DNA from: Octopus vulgaris
Taxonomy: Eukaryota
Assembly (NCBI GenBank): GCA_951406725.2
Contig: OX597818.1
Location: 12,276,001-12,340,000, forward strand
Length of the DNA: 64,000 nt
Reading direction: 5' to 3'
The notes beneath the pieces are model-generated. The model saw nothing but the letters and a program-made list of their open reading frames with translations. It did no database searches and was not told the DNA's origin. Shown piece by piece: positions 1-12,303 of this stretch; position 1 is the stretch's first letter, and every line of letters starts with the position of its first letter. A program made the position numbers and the translations under genes.

Positions 1-49
1 TAAATGCATTCAAAATATCATTACTTAGTTTGACTTCATCACCCCCCCC

Positions 50-82
<33 letters not shown>

Positions 83-85
<3 letters not shown>

Positions 86-579
86 ATAATAAAGGGTGAT
101 AATTGTATTTCTTCCCAGTAAAAAACTGTACCATCTTATTTTGGCAACACGCTGGCGGAAGGGGGAAGGTGACGTACTTTCATTCACTCTTTGAATTTGG
201 CTGTACTGGCAAGAATTACGCTCGCTCTGATACCATGAGTTGAGGTGATGTTTCTAGTGCCTTCAAATTTAATACACAATTATTAATAATTCAGACGCAA
301 TTATTTATAATTGAAGAGTCCTACGCTGAGGAGGAAAATAGTCAGGTAAGACATAATTATTTAATTTTTATGCTCTGCAATGACTTAATTCCGAAACATG
401 CGTCCGTAGGTAACTTAATATAGAATGATTTTCGTCATTTCTTTCTCTTTTGCCTGCGTCGTTTGTTTTTTAAGTGCTTTGGTTTTAAGTAGAAAGAATA
501 GCCAAAACTTTTTGACTGCTATTTCTAAATTCGGTGTGTGGTGAGGCAAATCGTTGCTGAACCCTTAATTACTTAGTAT

Positions 580-580
<1 letters not shown>
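83..580 (+). mobile_element. Short HHR-bearing element between (TA)n tracts (Penelope pLTR/retrozyme-like)
   Basis: Contains the HHR at 320-410. Its 3' part (tttgactgctatttctaaattcggtgtgtggtgaggcaaatcgttgctgaacccttaatta) matches 47532-47593, which also lies downstream of an HHR. Confidence 0.6.
320..410 (+). ncRNA. Type I hammerhead ribozyme, canonical core, long helix II
   Basis: Helix I CCTACG(320-325)/CGTAGG(405-410); CTGAGGA(326-332); helix II GGAA/TTCC extended by AGTCA/TGACT and CATAA/TTATG; GAAA(393-396); helix III AC-atgc-GT; GUC triplet with cleavage predicted after 404. Confidence 0.8.
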
Positions 581-634
<54 letters not shown>

Positions 635-750
635 CCTACGTAAATACATACACATATATATAAACACACACAGACATATACATATATAATAATAATAATA
701 ATAATTGATGAAAGAAACGGATCAGAGATTTAGCACTAGTCTTTATCCAG

Positions 751-795
751 TACGACGATCGTTTCGACCCATCCTGCAAGTGTCCATCATAGGTA
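751..795 (-). ncRNA. Degenerate minimal type I hammerhead
   Basis: Minus strand TAC-CTATGA(T)-GGAC...GTC-GAAA-CGATCG-TC-GTA. Palindromic helix III ACGATCGT; G5 of CUGAUGA is missing. Confidence 0.4.
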
Positions 796-922
796 GTATT
801 TTGTGCATCTAATAATGTTGCATCAATCTGTGCAGTTTGTGTAACATCACGTACAAGAATAAAGAAGGGGATGTCCCGCTAGATATACTGAGATATCCTA
901 GGCCTGTTGTTCGTGCTTGCTG

Positions 923-956
<34 letters not shown>

Positions 957-958
957 CA

Positions 959-992
<34 letters not shown>

Positions 993-1050
993 CATACATA
1001 CATACATACATACATACATACATACATACATACATACATACATACATACA
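923..1050. repeat. (TACA)n microsatellite
   Basis: Direct reading; it is the source of the MYVC/IHTY ORFs. Confidence 0.95.
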
Positions 1051-1055
1051 TGAAT

Positions 1056-1265
1056 ATAGTTACTCCAAACATGAACAAAAAGAAAACACAACGCGGGGAC
1101 GTGGAACAAGTATAGTGTTATTGGACGCTCAGGAAAGGAAAGAAAGACGGAGGACTTAACGTTTCGTGCGGAGCTCTTCGTCAGAAACATAGAAAAAGGA
1201 AAGTCCAAAGAAGGGAAGACGGAGAAAGAAAATCGCCAACGATATACACGCGGTCACATATTGAA

Positions 1266-1266
<1 letters not shown>
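1056..1266 (-). mobile_element. Short interspersed element with minimal HHR (Penelope pLTR-like)
   Basis: Homologous to 10882-11075; both copies sit between microsatellites. Confidence 0.65.
1154..1188 (-). ncRNA. Minimal type I hammerhead (helices I and II mismatched)
   Basis: Minus strand GTTT-CTGACGA-A-GAGC-TCC-GCAC-GAAA-CGT-T-AAGT. Confidence 0.55.
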
Positions 1267-1313
<47 letters not shown>

Positions 1314-2153
1314 CTTTTTAGTTGCTCGGTCCTCTCAAAGAAACTGGATGTTTCTTGCCATGCGTACTTCGGTCATATCTTTTGATTGGACGATCTGCCC
1401 TTCACTGGTGCGAATAGTAATTCTATCATGAAGAATGTGAGGGTTCAATATCTTAAGTTGTCAACAATAAGCTCTAAGTTTTGGAAATACCAAATACTGG
1501 TATTCTTGCCGGAATACCAGAATTACACAACTATTCCATCGCCTTCTTATTATATAACCAATCTATAAGTTTAAACAGAGTGGAATAGTATATTTATTCA
1601 AAGATAAGTCTGTAGGAGTCAATACTCTGGTGTGCCTCTAGTTCCCGATCTGCAGTCGACTAATCTTGTATAGTTTGAACCTTCTACGGACCGTCATGTG
1701 GGAAAGCCTGAGTGAGTAGACAGAAGCACAGAAATCGAGCATGAAAAAGAATAAAACTAACCAAGGGGAAAGCAAGAAGGTCGAGTAAACGGTAGCGAAA
1801 GAAAAGGGAAAGAAACTGATGTGGTAGAAGGTGTCGACATTATCGTTTTCCTTCTATGCTAAGTTTTGCTCCACTTTCATTTTCAGTTTCTGCTTGTTTA
1901 TCTTTGTCATGTTTTCCTCTACTTGGTTATGTATATCCGATAGGACACATGTAGGTTATTTGAAGTGGCAGCTGAGCGAAATCACTCAATCAAACTGTCT
2001 CACAAAGAACGGGAATGAGAAATCCGAGAAGCGACACATGTAAATTCAGCTTCTACTAAATAATGGATTTTAGAATTATCCCCGCGCACACACAGAGAGA
2101 CACACACACACATATACATGCACATACACGTGCACCTATATATATACACATGA

Positions 2154-2212
<59 letters not shown>

Positions 2213-2213
<1 letters not shown>

Positions 2214-2585
2214 CGCTCAGAGATTTAAAGCTAATTGTTTTTCTCCTTACGAGATCTGTGTCTGTGCGTTACTCGAGCAAGGCCTAATGCTGCCACCTCT
2301 AGCCAACGGTTATCCTGTGCCGATGAAGAGAAATAACAGAGAAACTATTCGTCCGCAGGTACCGTTTAAGGCTGAGTGGGAACATTAGCCCCCTTGTTCG
2401 AGGTATAAGGACACAGTTGAGCGTCGATAGCCGATAGGAAAAAATGTTTTACTGGGGCTAAAAAAAGTTGCAACATAGTTCTAAGCAGGACTGCTGCTTT
2501 ACGTTGGCAATTAGACTTTACTCTGTAGTACTGTTACTAATTATTTCTCGCTTATAGATTTTAAAATAATTGTTTTTCTCCTTAC
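2213..2585 (+). mobile_element. Retrozyme-like unit: 335-bp period, 38-bp terminal direct repeat, internal HHR
   Basis: 2213-2250 vs 2548-2585 match at 33/38; flanked by (TA)n and (CA)n; HHR at 2305-2366. Confidence 0.6.
2305..2366 (+). ncRNA. Type I hammerhead with bulged extended helix I and decayed helix II
   Basis: AACGGT-tat-CCTGTG-CCGATGA-agagaaataacaga-GAAA-C-tattc-GTC-CGCAGG-t-ACCGTT. Confidence 0.6.
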
Positions 2586-2587
2586 AC

Positions 2588-2672
<85 letters not shown>

Positions 2673-2784
2673 AATATTCTAATATATATAAATATATATA
2701 AATATTCTAGTAAAAACTTCGTCGTGTTTATTAACTTGCATAATGTTAGTATCCTGCGGACCTAAATGTAATTTCAAAAACGGG

Positions 2785-3244
2785 GCTAATTCTGTTTCGC
2801 ACCTCTACATGAAAAATGCATTTTTTTGAAAAAATGTTTCCAATTCCTACGTTTTAGATGTCAGAGACTAAGAATATGCAAAAAATAAATTTTTTTAAAT
2901 TTCAACCCCCATCCACTCCCCCCCTACCAATTTAAATTTTTGATTTTGTTTTCTTTAAAGAGATCGTAGCGAATTGACGAACATATGCAAATTGAAATTA
3001 AATACAGACAAAAACATGAAAGTGAAAAGAATTTCCGTTTTACTTGTGTTTGCCTTAAATAATCGTAAATAATAATTTAATGTAAATTAAATATACACTA
3101 TTTTATGAGAAACACAAATTTTAAGCAATGTTTTTGCATATTCGTAATATGCAACATCTAAAACGTAGGAACCCGAAAAAAGTTTTTTAAAAAAAATGCA
3201 TTTTTCAAGGAGAGGTGCGAAACTGTATTAGCTTTGCCCTTTAA
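2785..3244. mobile_element. MITE with ~100-bp imperfect TIRs; right end CCCT-TTAA (piggyBac/Kolobok-like end)
   Basis: gctaattctgtttcgcacctct...cctacgttttagatgt...gaatatgcaaaaa (2785-2885) is inverted at 3130-3232. Confidence 0.75.
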
Positions 3245-3455
3245 ATGATAATTTCTCGACTAAAGGGGTTGAATACAAGGTTAAGAGACAGAGAGATAAT
3301 ATTCCTACATACAAAACTTACAAACTGCAGTTTCAAAATGAGACTTCATTTACACAGAAATTCTTTCAAATGCTCGGGAAAAAGGCCTGCAACGAGTTTC
3401 GCAAAAATGTATAGCAAAAAAACAAAAAAAGCTGGTTTCAACCCAACTCTAATAC

Positions 3456-3872
3456 AAGTAGGATAAGGAGGCAAACCGAACAGTAATTGAATGCTGGATT
3501 AGGAGTGAACCCAGTAGAAGGGGATTCCGGCAACGAATGAAAGCAAAATGGAATAAAATAGGACTTCGAAATAAGTGAGCAACGGTTAGCCGACCAGGCA
3601 AGAGCAATAAGAACAAAAGGGTAGTTAACAATTATGGAAAGTAAAGAAGTCATCAAGGGGAATATAAAGTAAATTGGAATAGAGTGCCCAGTAGAACTGT
3701 TACAAAAGGTTTGCTTCCTTGGCACGGCCAGAATAATTAGGGAAGTATTAGGTAACTGAAAAGAATGGCTAGGATAGTACCGTAGGCTGCAGGTTGTAAG
3801 ACTGCTACGCATATAAGGCTCCAGGAGCTCCAACAAAACCTGCAAAAAAGAGAAATAATAATAATTATTAAT
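3456..3872 (+). mobile_element. Internally deleted R4/Dong-clade non-LTR retrotransposon relic ending in a (TAA)n tract
   Basis: Translates (with a frameshift and stops) to EANRTVIECWIRSEPSRRGFRQRMKAKW..FEISEQRLADQARAIRTKG (N-terminal region), joined to ELLQKVCFLGTARIIREVLGN* (C-terminus, stop 3757-3759), then 3' UTR and aataataataattattaataa. Confidence 0.75.
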
Positions 3873-3875
3873 AAG

Positions 3876-4077
3876 ATGGCGAGATGGTAGAATCATTAGC
3901 ATGCTGCGCACAATGCTTAGCGGCATTTCGTCCGTTGAATTCAAATTCAGCCCAGGCCGTTTTTGCCTTTTATTCTTTCGGAGTCTATAAAAAAAGTACC
4001 AGTTGAGCACTGGGGTCGCTGTAATCGACTACCCCGCCCCCCGAAATAGCTGATCTTGTGCCAAAATGTGAAACTAT
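3876..4077 (+). mobile_element. SINE family B (Meta-domain-like core), diverged
   Basis: ggcgagatggtagaatcattagc...gccttttattctttcggagtctataaaaaaagtaccagtt, homologous to 14759 and 39048. Confidence 0.75.
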
Positions 4078-4186
4078 TATTATTTATTGGATATATTTGC
4101 TTAATTTTTACTTCATTTCATCAGTAACGCATTATATGTGTACATGTATGTATATATTCGTCTCTATGTAAGTCTGTATGCTTTTG

Positions 4187-4228
<42 letters not shown>

Positions 4229-4657
4229 TTTTCTAGTGTATACGTGCAAATGTATGTATATGGTCGTGCGGCTCTGGTGTTCGTATGGGTATGTATAAAT
4301 ATTTGTATGAATATGCTTAGATATATTGTGCTGTTGATAGCAGGATGTTTTTCATAGCATTTAGCTTGAAATCGTTCGAAGCACAATTAACCTAAACATT
4401 TTATTTATTCTTCTTCTTTGGCCTGTTTTCACCCTGTGCTGAAAGAGTAGTAAGGTGTTTTTTTAGAGCCAATTGACATCTATATTGAACGTGTGAGAGT
4501 GGGTAATCCGTTCTCTTTAATATAATTATGTATATAATTATAAATTTAGTATATAATATTACCTACAAGGTTTTTATTTCACGCTGACCACTTGATAAAA
4601 TCATTAAAGTAATTTTTTCCATAATTCTCTGTCTGTCTGACTGTCTGTCTGTCTGTC

Positions 4658-4742
<85 letters not shown>

Positions 4743-4849
4743 ACGTAGGCGTATATTTATACACGTGATAATATAAATGATATATGAATATATGCATATA
4801 TACATACATATATGTACATACTTACATATATATGTATATATATATACGC

Positions 4850-5068
4850 GTATATGGGTACAGGAGATAAAAAAAAAACGTTGAACACAAAGAGAAACGA
4901 AAACATAAAAACAAAAACACAGAAACGTACTTTTTTCGGACAAAGAAAAAACAAACAAACAGAGAAACATACGACATAAAGAATATTTCCCTTCTTCAGT
5001 TGTCCCTGTTTCATCTACTCAACGTTCGAAGGCAAGGACAAGACGCGACTTCGTTGAAACAGTCCTTT
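4850..5068 (-). mobile_element. Short element carrying a permuted HHR (same family as 55915-56280)
   Basis: Shares tcctgtaccc(a/g)tat, gttttcgtttctc and agtagatgaaaca blocks with 55915-56180. Confidence 0.7.
4988..5048 (-). ncRNA. Non-circularly permuted hammerhead-like motif (damaged GAAA strand)
   Basis: Minus strand TCGCGT-C-TTGTCC-ttgc-CTTC-GAA-cgttg-agtagatgaaacag-GGACAA-CTGAAGA-A-GGGA. Confidence 0.55.
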
Positions 5069-5094
5069 GTATGAGTGTGTATGTGTATATAGAT

Positions 5095-5257
5095 AGGCGC
5101 AGGAGTGGCTGTGTGGTAGGTAGCTTGCTTACCAAGCACATGGTTCTGGGATCAGTCCCATTGCATGGCACCTTGGGCAAGTGTCTTCTACTATAGCCTC
5201 GGGCCGACCAAAGCCTTGTCAGTGGATTTGGTAGACGGGAACTGAAAGAAGCCCGTC

Positions 5258-5303
<46 letters not shown>

Positions 5304-5520
5304 GTGTGTGTGTGTGTATGTATGTATATGTTTGTGTGTCTGTTTGTCCCTCCCAACATCGTTTGACAACCGATGCTGGTGTGTTTACTTCCCCATAACT
5401 TAGCGGTTCGGCAAAAGAGACCGATAGAATACGTTCTGGGGTCGATTTGCTCGATCAAAGGCGGTGCTCCAGCGTGGCTGCAGTCAAATGACTGAAACAA
5501 ATAAAAGAAAAAAAAAGAAG
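5095..5520 (+). mobile_element. SINE family A (tRNA-like head, internal TA/TG microsatellite, CR1-like 3' tail)
   Basis: ggcgcaggagtggctgtgtggt...ggcaccttgggcaagtgtcttctactatagcc...ggcggtgctccagc...tgactgaaacaa; more than 10 copies in the window. Confidence 0.9.
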
Positions 5521-6046
5521 ATACATTTTCCTCTACACAAGTATATTTAGCAATTGAACCCAGCCTGTCTTATTTCGAATGATTTCTCACTACGTTTTTA
5601 CTGTATATATTTTCCTTTATACACTTTTGGATGCACATTTGTTCCTATTCACATTGTTTTCTCTGAACATCTCTGAACATCATTTTTTTTGTACTAATTT
5701 TATGCACCCATGATATTGGATAAATTGAGTTAAGTCATTCTTTATTTCGATCAGACTGATTTTTTTTTACTGTGTCTGTGTATTCAGGCTTTGTTCTTTT
5801 CTCTTTCTCATTTCCCTATCTCAAGAGAGTGGTCTGTGCTTAAGAATGTGTTGCGTAACCACTTGGAACGTACGAAGTAAATGCATTCGAAACTTCAGTA
5901 ATTGCTTTTGTGAATATTCTAATATCATACGACTCATAGTAATAAAAATCTTGCCTATTCCTGCTTGGATAATATGGTTATAACGTTTCAAGAGTATATA
6001 GAAGTGGATTATTGATCTGGTCACAGAGTCCAAAATATCTGGTAAA

Positions 6047-6144
<98 letters not shown>

Positions 6145-7635
6145 GTGCGCGTGTGTGTGTGTAAAAATATATATAATGCACACATACTTATAAAGTTTAA
6201 GTGTACGTTGAAAAGTGTAGAAGCAAACATAGTATAGGTAGTCTCAAAGTAGTGCTCAGATAAATCCGAAACTTAAACTCCAGCTCCTTCATGCAGCGCA
6301 GCTAGCTTCAGTGTAACAAGACGGTCATAAGGACGATATTCGTTGAGTGGATACTGAAAGAAAAGAGGCAGATAGACAAAAGTAGGTGTTAGGATTGTAT
6401 TACATGGAAATTTGTGTATACGAATACATAAATACATGAATGATGTAATCAATCCTCATGTTTATAAGTGTTTTACAAAAAGACTGACTTGTGCCATAAC
6501 CATTGATATGTTATAAGGACCAACAATACTGAGCGTGTAATAAAGGTTCAGTAAAATTGTGTAGATTTTGAGAAATCTGTGAAACGAAATCATGTTACCC
6601 TTTTCAGAACACTCTGGCAGATAGAGTAATATAGAACAGTGTTTATAGCATAAAAATGCGGAAGAGGAGGAAGACAAACTGTCCAAAGCACATAGTCCAT
6701 TGCTACTAATTAGGAAATTGTGCTGAAATAAAAAATTTAAAGACATGTGTAAAATATCTATAGGATCCATATACACTGGTATCCGTTCGAAATGGAAATG
6801 TAAAGGAGGCCGATTCTGCACCACTGGACGTCATGCAGTCCGTAATGGCATATAACTAGTTTGTAAGCGCAGGATTTCGTTGCGATAATAAAATTGCAGT
6901 GTATAAAATGCGGGGGCCTCAAGTTACACATATATTGGTTGATGGCCATCATTTGTAACATATTGTACGCTATAAGCTACATATCTTTCTCAGTTTGTTT
7001 CTTTATAAATTTAACAAAAGAATGAATTAGTCGGTAAAAGAGAAATTGAGGTCTCAATTTTTCTTAAAATGGGATTATTGTCAAAATGTTTATATCGGAC
7101 ATGGCGGTCTGTTAGAGGACTATAAGAAAAGGAAGTTAAATTTTGTAAAGAGATGTTCTTGTCGATTGGTCCGAGTGCTATATGTGATAGACAAGTGTAG
7201 TCAATTTAATCTAAATACTTAAAATTTGTGAATGTGAATATATGAAAGAGGGAGAAAGAGAGGCCTAGGAAGGAACAAAGTGCATCATTCACTACCGTGT
7301 TTTAGATTTATTTTAGTTGCAGCTCAGACTGTTTGTGCCACAGAATCTCATTGTCAAAACAGCAGCTGTTATCGAACAGCCACGAGCGTGAACACTCAAC
7401 TGCAAGCGTTTGTTTTATCTTCAATTGGACTTCTGCTTTGACAAAAATTTGCATTCAAGTTCACAGAACTGTAGTCAGAAAACTTGATCGTACAGGTTAA
7501 TGATGACAGCATTAAATGATTATATGTGCGTTTGAAAAACCTTAAAGGTCAGCCTTCGTAGATGTCAGCCAATTTGCTCCCAATTTACCAAAAGTTTCCA
7601 GTTTATCGAAAATATCAAGCCTCGGTTTCACTTTT

Positions 7636-7850
7636 TGCAGTTACTGACAGAATTGTTTGCACGCCGGACAAACAGCTTAGCGGCATTTCTACCGGCTCTT
7701 TACTCTCTGAGTTCAAATTCCACCGAGGTTGATTTTGCATTTCACTACTACTGCTTCGATAAAATAAGTACCAGTCAAACAATGGCGTCGATGTAATGGA
7801 CTGTCTCTTTCCCACAGGATCGCTGGACTTGAGACAAAATTAGAAAGCAT
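7636..7850 (+). mobile_element. SINE family B, diverged
   Basis: gcttagcggcatttc...ctgagttcaaattccaccgaggttgattttgc...taagtaccagtc. Confidence 0.75.
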
Positions 7851-8119
7851 TGTAGAAGCGACATGCTATACATTCTTACACATACACATACACACACGCG
7901 CACACACACGAGCGCGCACACACACGAGCGCGCACACACATACGTACACATCCACATTCACACACATATAGTTTGTACACACATATATAATATTCATGTG
8001 TATATATGCTATGTATATTTCTCGTTTTCTCTCTCTGGTTCTCCCTCCCTCCCCCTCTCTCTCTATATATATACATACATACATATATATATATCTATAA
8101 AAAAAATATATATATAAAT

Positions 8120-8150
<31 letters not shown>

Positions 8151-8160
8151 ATATATATAA

Positions 8161-8204
<44 letters not shown>

Positions 8205-10394
8205 TATATATAAATATATATATAAATCCTTAACACTTACTATATTTTAGCGTCTCTTAGCTTATCTGATATTATCGATTATTTCTATAAATAGAATAAT
8301 AAAAATGCTCCCATATATCTTCAGAGTGCAAAAGTAGACACCTGTTCACTTTATTTTTTCAATTATTTTCCATAGTCATACAATATTTTGCCATCATGGC
8401 AACTCTGTTGTCAATCTTTTTCTCCTAACGTGTATTAATTTCTCCCACATTTAAATTTAACCTTAATTGGTATGGCCGTTATAACCGTTTTTCAAAAATC
8501 CCTTACCTGGCAATAAAAACATTTTTATATATTACCTAGAGCCACACTTTACCGGATACATATCTCCAATCCTGTTGATTTGATCGCTACAATTATCGTG
8601 CAAATAATTATTCTCATTTTTTCCTCTTTTTAAACGTTTACTTTTACCTTTAGACAAATTTTTGTTTAAATTACAAGTGTATTAATTTGGTACATTTATA
8701 GTCCATCTTCGTCACTCCAATTCCCATTTTAAGGTTTAAACAAAGTAGACTTTTAAAACTTAATAGTTAAGACATGATGAGAATGTAAAAGTATTGTATT
8801 GTTTTTGTTTCAGAGTCCACCCTGTTACAGTTTCGGTTACTACTGTGAAACTTCTAAATCAATATTTCCAACATCAAAGCGGATCGAAAATGCTGTAATG
8901 AGCTTCCTAAATTATAATAAATAAACTTTGTTGTAACGTGGTATATACATGTGTGTGTATTCGTATGTGTGATGTTTTGTATATATAAGCAAGCCTTTCA
9001 AAATTTGTGTATCTAGCAAACAATACCTTGTATTCAGTTTCTTATACACCCATCACACCCAGATCAAATTTACGGGTATATTTTATGAAATAGGCAAAAT
9101 AAGTATCAACTGGGGTCGATATGACTGAGTAAAATTCTTGAAATCAGTACTCCAGTATGGATCTGTAAAAGAATAAAAGAATATAGATCTATGGAAATTT
9201 TAAAAGTAAATGGAGCCACTAAGCGATAAATAGCTGAGCTATTTCGATAAAAAAAGTGTCTATTGAATGAAAATTTCATGAAAATCAAACAAAATTAGCA
9301 TAAATAAATACTAAAAGGCTGCACCAGCCACTAAATTGAGACAGAAAAAAATTATTTAAAACTTATTTTTATAGTCGTTCAAAACCGCCATAGATTTACC
9401 AACGTTTTGACTTTGAGTTTTATTATATTAAAGATGTTAACGACTTTCTGAATAATTTATGAAACGTAACAGGAAAAGCATCAGTTTTAGTCTCTTTTAT
9501 GTCACCCATCTATATTCCAACATTACTATAGTCTATGATAAGAAGCAATTGGACAGATATATTTTCTAACTAATCTAAAAGTAAATGAAGCACAAACTCG
9601 ATAATCGTACAGATCAATAGATATTTTGGTCAACAGCTATTTCTGACTCTTGAAGAAATTTCACAACCAAATGTGACAAAATATTTGATAGAATTTTCGA
9701 GCCATACTGAATAATACTTGGAAATATTTTTGGGTGATTGACGTGTTCTTTGGATTAAATCAACAGAAAGAGTGAAAATGTTTTAGTTCTTCTTCCTTAA
9801 GACATCGACCACTGGCATTCCCACTATAGTTATCAACTTAACTTTAGCTACATCGATCTCACAGAATACGGAGTACCTACAAAAGCATGAGATTTACTTA
9901 GCGTAGGACAAACCAATTAAACAACTTCACATTCACTTGCGCTAATATTTAAATTGTTTAAATCAAGAGCATATGTTTTAATTCAAATATGGCAAACATT
10001 AAACAGATCTCATCACGATATATATAGAATAGACTGTAGAATCTATGCTTAAAAAATTCCAATCTGCATATATCTTCCAATTTTAGAGTCCATGTTTACG
10101 AGGCATAATTTGCGATACTAACAACATGCTGTATTAAATCCGAGTGAAATAGAGTTCATTTAATGAGATACCTCTTATTACGTCACCTGACTTGACACTT
10201 CTGAACCGAGGGATGCACTACAGCTAGTTATAGAGTTTTCCTCCCACGATGGATCGATACAGTATGTGTCATGTGTCGAATCAATCGTTATGAGTAATAA
10301 AATTTCCCGTGTATTCCATTTTCCGTTTCTATAATTTGTTATCTCTATCTCTCTCTCTCTCTCTTTTATATATATATATATATATATATACATA

Positions 10395-10543
10395 CAGAAA
10401 TCCCTCGACTATCGTGGGTGTTACGTTCCAAAACCTCCTACAGAAATAACTAAAATCTAAAAAAATATAAATACCTATCGGCCGCAGAAACCCGCGATGT
10501 ACTGAATGCACAGTAGATGAACCGCGATATGGCGAGGGATTAC

Positions 10544-10545
<2 letters not shown>
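10395..10545. mobile_element. Tigger/pogo-like MITE
   Basis: TIRs cagaaatccctcgactatcgtgg / ccgcgatatggcgagggattact; TA on the left side. Confidence 0.7.
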
Positions 10546-10601
<56 letters not shown>

Positions 10602-10830
10602 TGTGTGTTTGTGCTTGTGTGCGTGCGTGTGTGTGTGTGTGTATATGACAAGGTATAAATAATGGTCATTACTACATATTTTTCTTTATTGCAGTAAAAT
10701 TTGACTCACAGATGTTTCCAGTAATAATTATAGGTTCGTTATTGATAAGTTTATTCAGTCGATTAATTGACCGGTTGACAAAAATTGAACGATCTAAAAG
10801 TTAATGCTACCTTCGTCAGACTAATTTCTG

Positions 10831-10881
<51 letters not shown>

Positions 10882-10886
<5 letters not shown>

Positions 10887-11075
10887 ATCCAAACAAGAAA
10901 ACACAGAAAAAAGAGAAAAAAACACAGCAACGCAGGACGTGGAACAATTAAAGTATTATTTGACGCTCAGGAAAGAAGGGAAGGAGGGTTTAACGTTTCG
11001 AGCGGAGCTCTTCGTCGGAAACAAGGAGAAGGAAAGATCCCAAGAAGGGAAGACAGAGGAAAAAATATTTTTGCT
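10882..11075 (-). mobile_element. Second copy of the 1056-1266 element
   Basis: agttaatccaaaca...ggacgtggaacaa...gacgctcaggaaag...ccaagaagggaagac shared with 1056-1266. Confidence 0.7.
10988..11022 (-). ncRNA. Minimal type I hammerhead (U4C core, palindromic ACGU helix III)
   Basis: Minus strand GTTT-CCGACGA-A-GAGC-TCC-GCTC-GAAA-CGT-T-AAAC; helices I and II pair perfectly. Confidence 0.65.
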
Positions 11076-11088
11076 GGTGGTGCTCTAT

Positions 11089-11135
<47 letters not shown>

Positions 11136-11136
11136 G

Positions 11137-11172
<36 letters not shown>

Positions 11173-11173
11173 C

Positions 11174-11244
<71 letters not shown>

Positions 11245-12126
11245 GATGTTTCTGTACTGAACCGGGGTACTCATTTCAGTTGATTCATCTTGATCAACGT
11301 GAAACAAGGAATAAAAAATATAACGTGATAATATTTTCACACAGAAAATGATGGACGAAGATTACCTGTTTATAACTTGAATGATTTTTATCAGATTCAT
11401 AAAAATGCAATTATCAAGTTTAAATTGAACAGCGCAGGAAGTAGGAAAAATATACAACCTTACAAACACATTTCTATAATAAAGACGATAGACAAATGAG
11501 AAATAAAGGAGTTACTTTCAAAAGCCAACAGTAGACATAACTTTTCAGTGTTGAACAATTAAACATCCCAGGAAGTATAATATTTGATGGATAGAAAGAA
11601 ATTCATTTAACTGTCGAAGATACAAGCCATAAAAAAAGAAATATGTAAAATAAATATATGAAGAGTGCTCTAAGCAGTTCCTACTGTCAGACATTTTAAC
11701 TGTTGGTAAATCAAATATGACATACGCTGGTTTACCGTAAAGAAAGATAATACGTAATATCTCAGATTCAGACATTTCTGAGAAAATTAAATGTTATATA
11801 ACTTTTAACGACTAGACATGAATATTATTTACAAATTGAAAAGTTTAGAGACTATCTTTATCATCTTAATTACTCTGAAGCTGGAAATATATTTTTGATA
11901 AATACAAATTGAAACTTGTTAGATATGGATAAATGAAATTATTTTAGTTCCAAAGCTATTTCAGCATTAATTTCCTTTAGGTATAAAACTAATTCTCCTC
12001 CTCTCACTCTTTCGCTCGCTCTCTGTTGCCCACGCAAAACCCCACAATTCCTTTTCTGTCTACGTCTCTCCCTCTCACTTACACACACACATATTCTCTC
12101 TCTTTCTCTTTCATATCTGTGTATGT

Positions 12127-12167
<41 letters not shown>

Positions 12168-12303
12168 CACACCATATTATAAGTATATAAGCACAGTATA
12201 ATACATGATATACATATTTTATATATATAATATATAAATTATATATTTACATATATATTATATATTTATATACATATTGTGTTATATGTATATATTTATA
12301 ACG

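Noticed and set aside
5874-5930. GAAGT-A...CATTC-GAAACTTC, resembling the first two strands of a permuted HHR
   Set aside because: No recognisable CUGAnGA strand or helix I partner downstream; could be an ordinary small hairpin.
6780-7200. Possible L1/Tx1 ORF2 C-terminal relic (CIKCG..HILVDG)
   Set aside because: Needs a frameshift within the knuckle and has no supporting motifs that I could align.
8814-8924. Candidate terminal exon after tttttgtttcag (SPPCYSFGYYC...KR...*)
   Set aside because: Acceptor-like sites arise by chance in AT-rich DNA; there is no recognisable homology or partner exon. RNA-seq would be needed.
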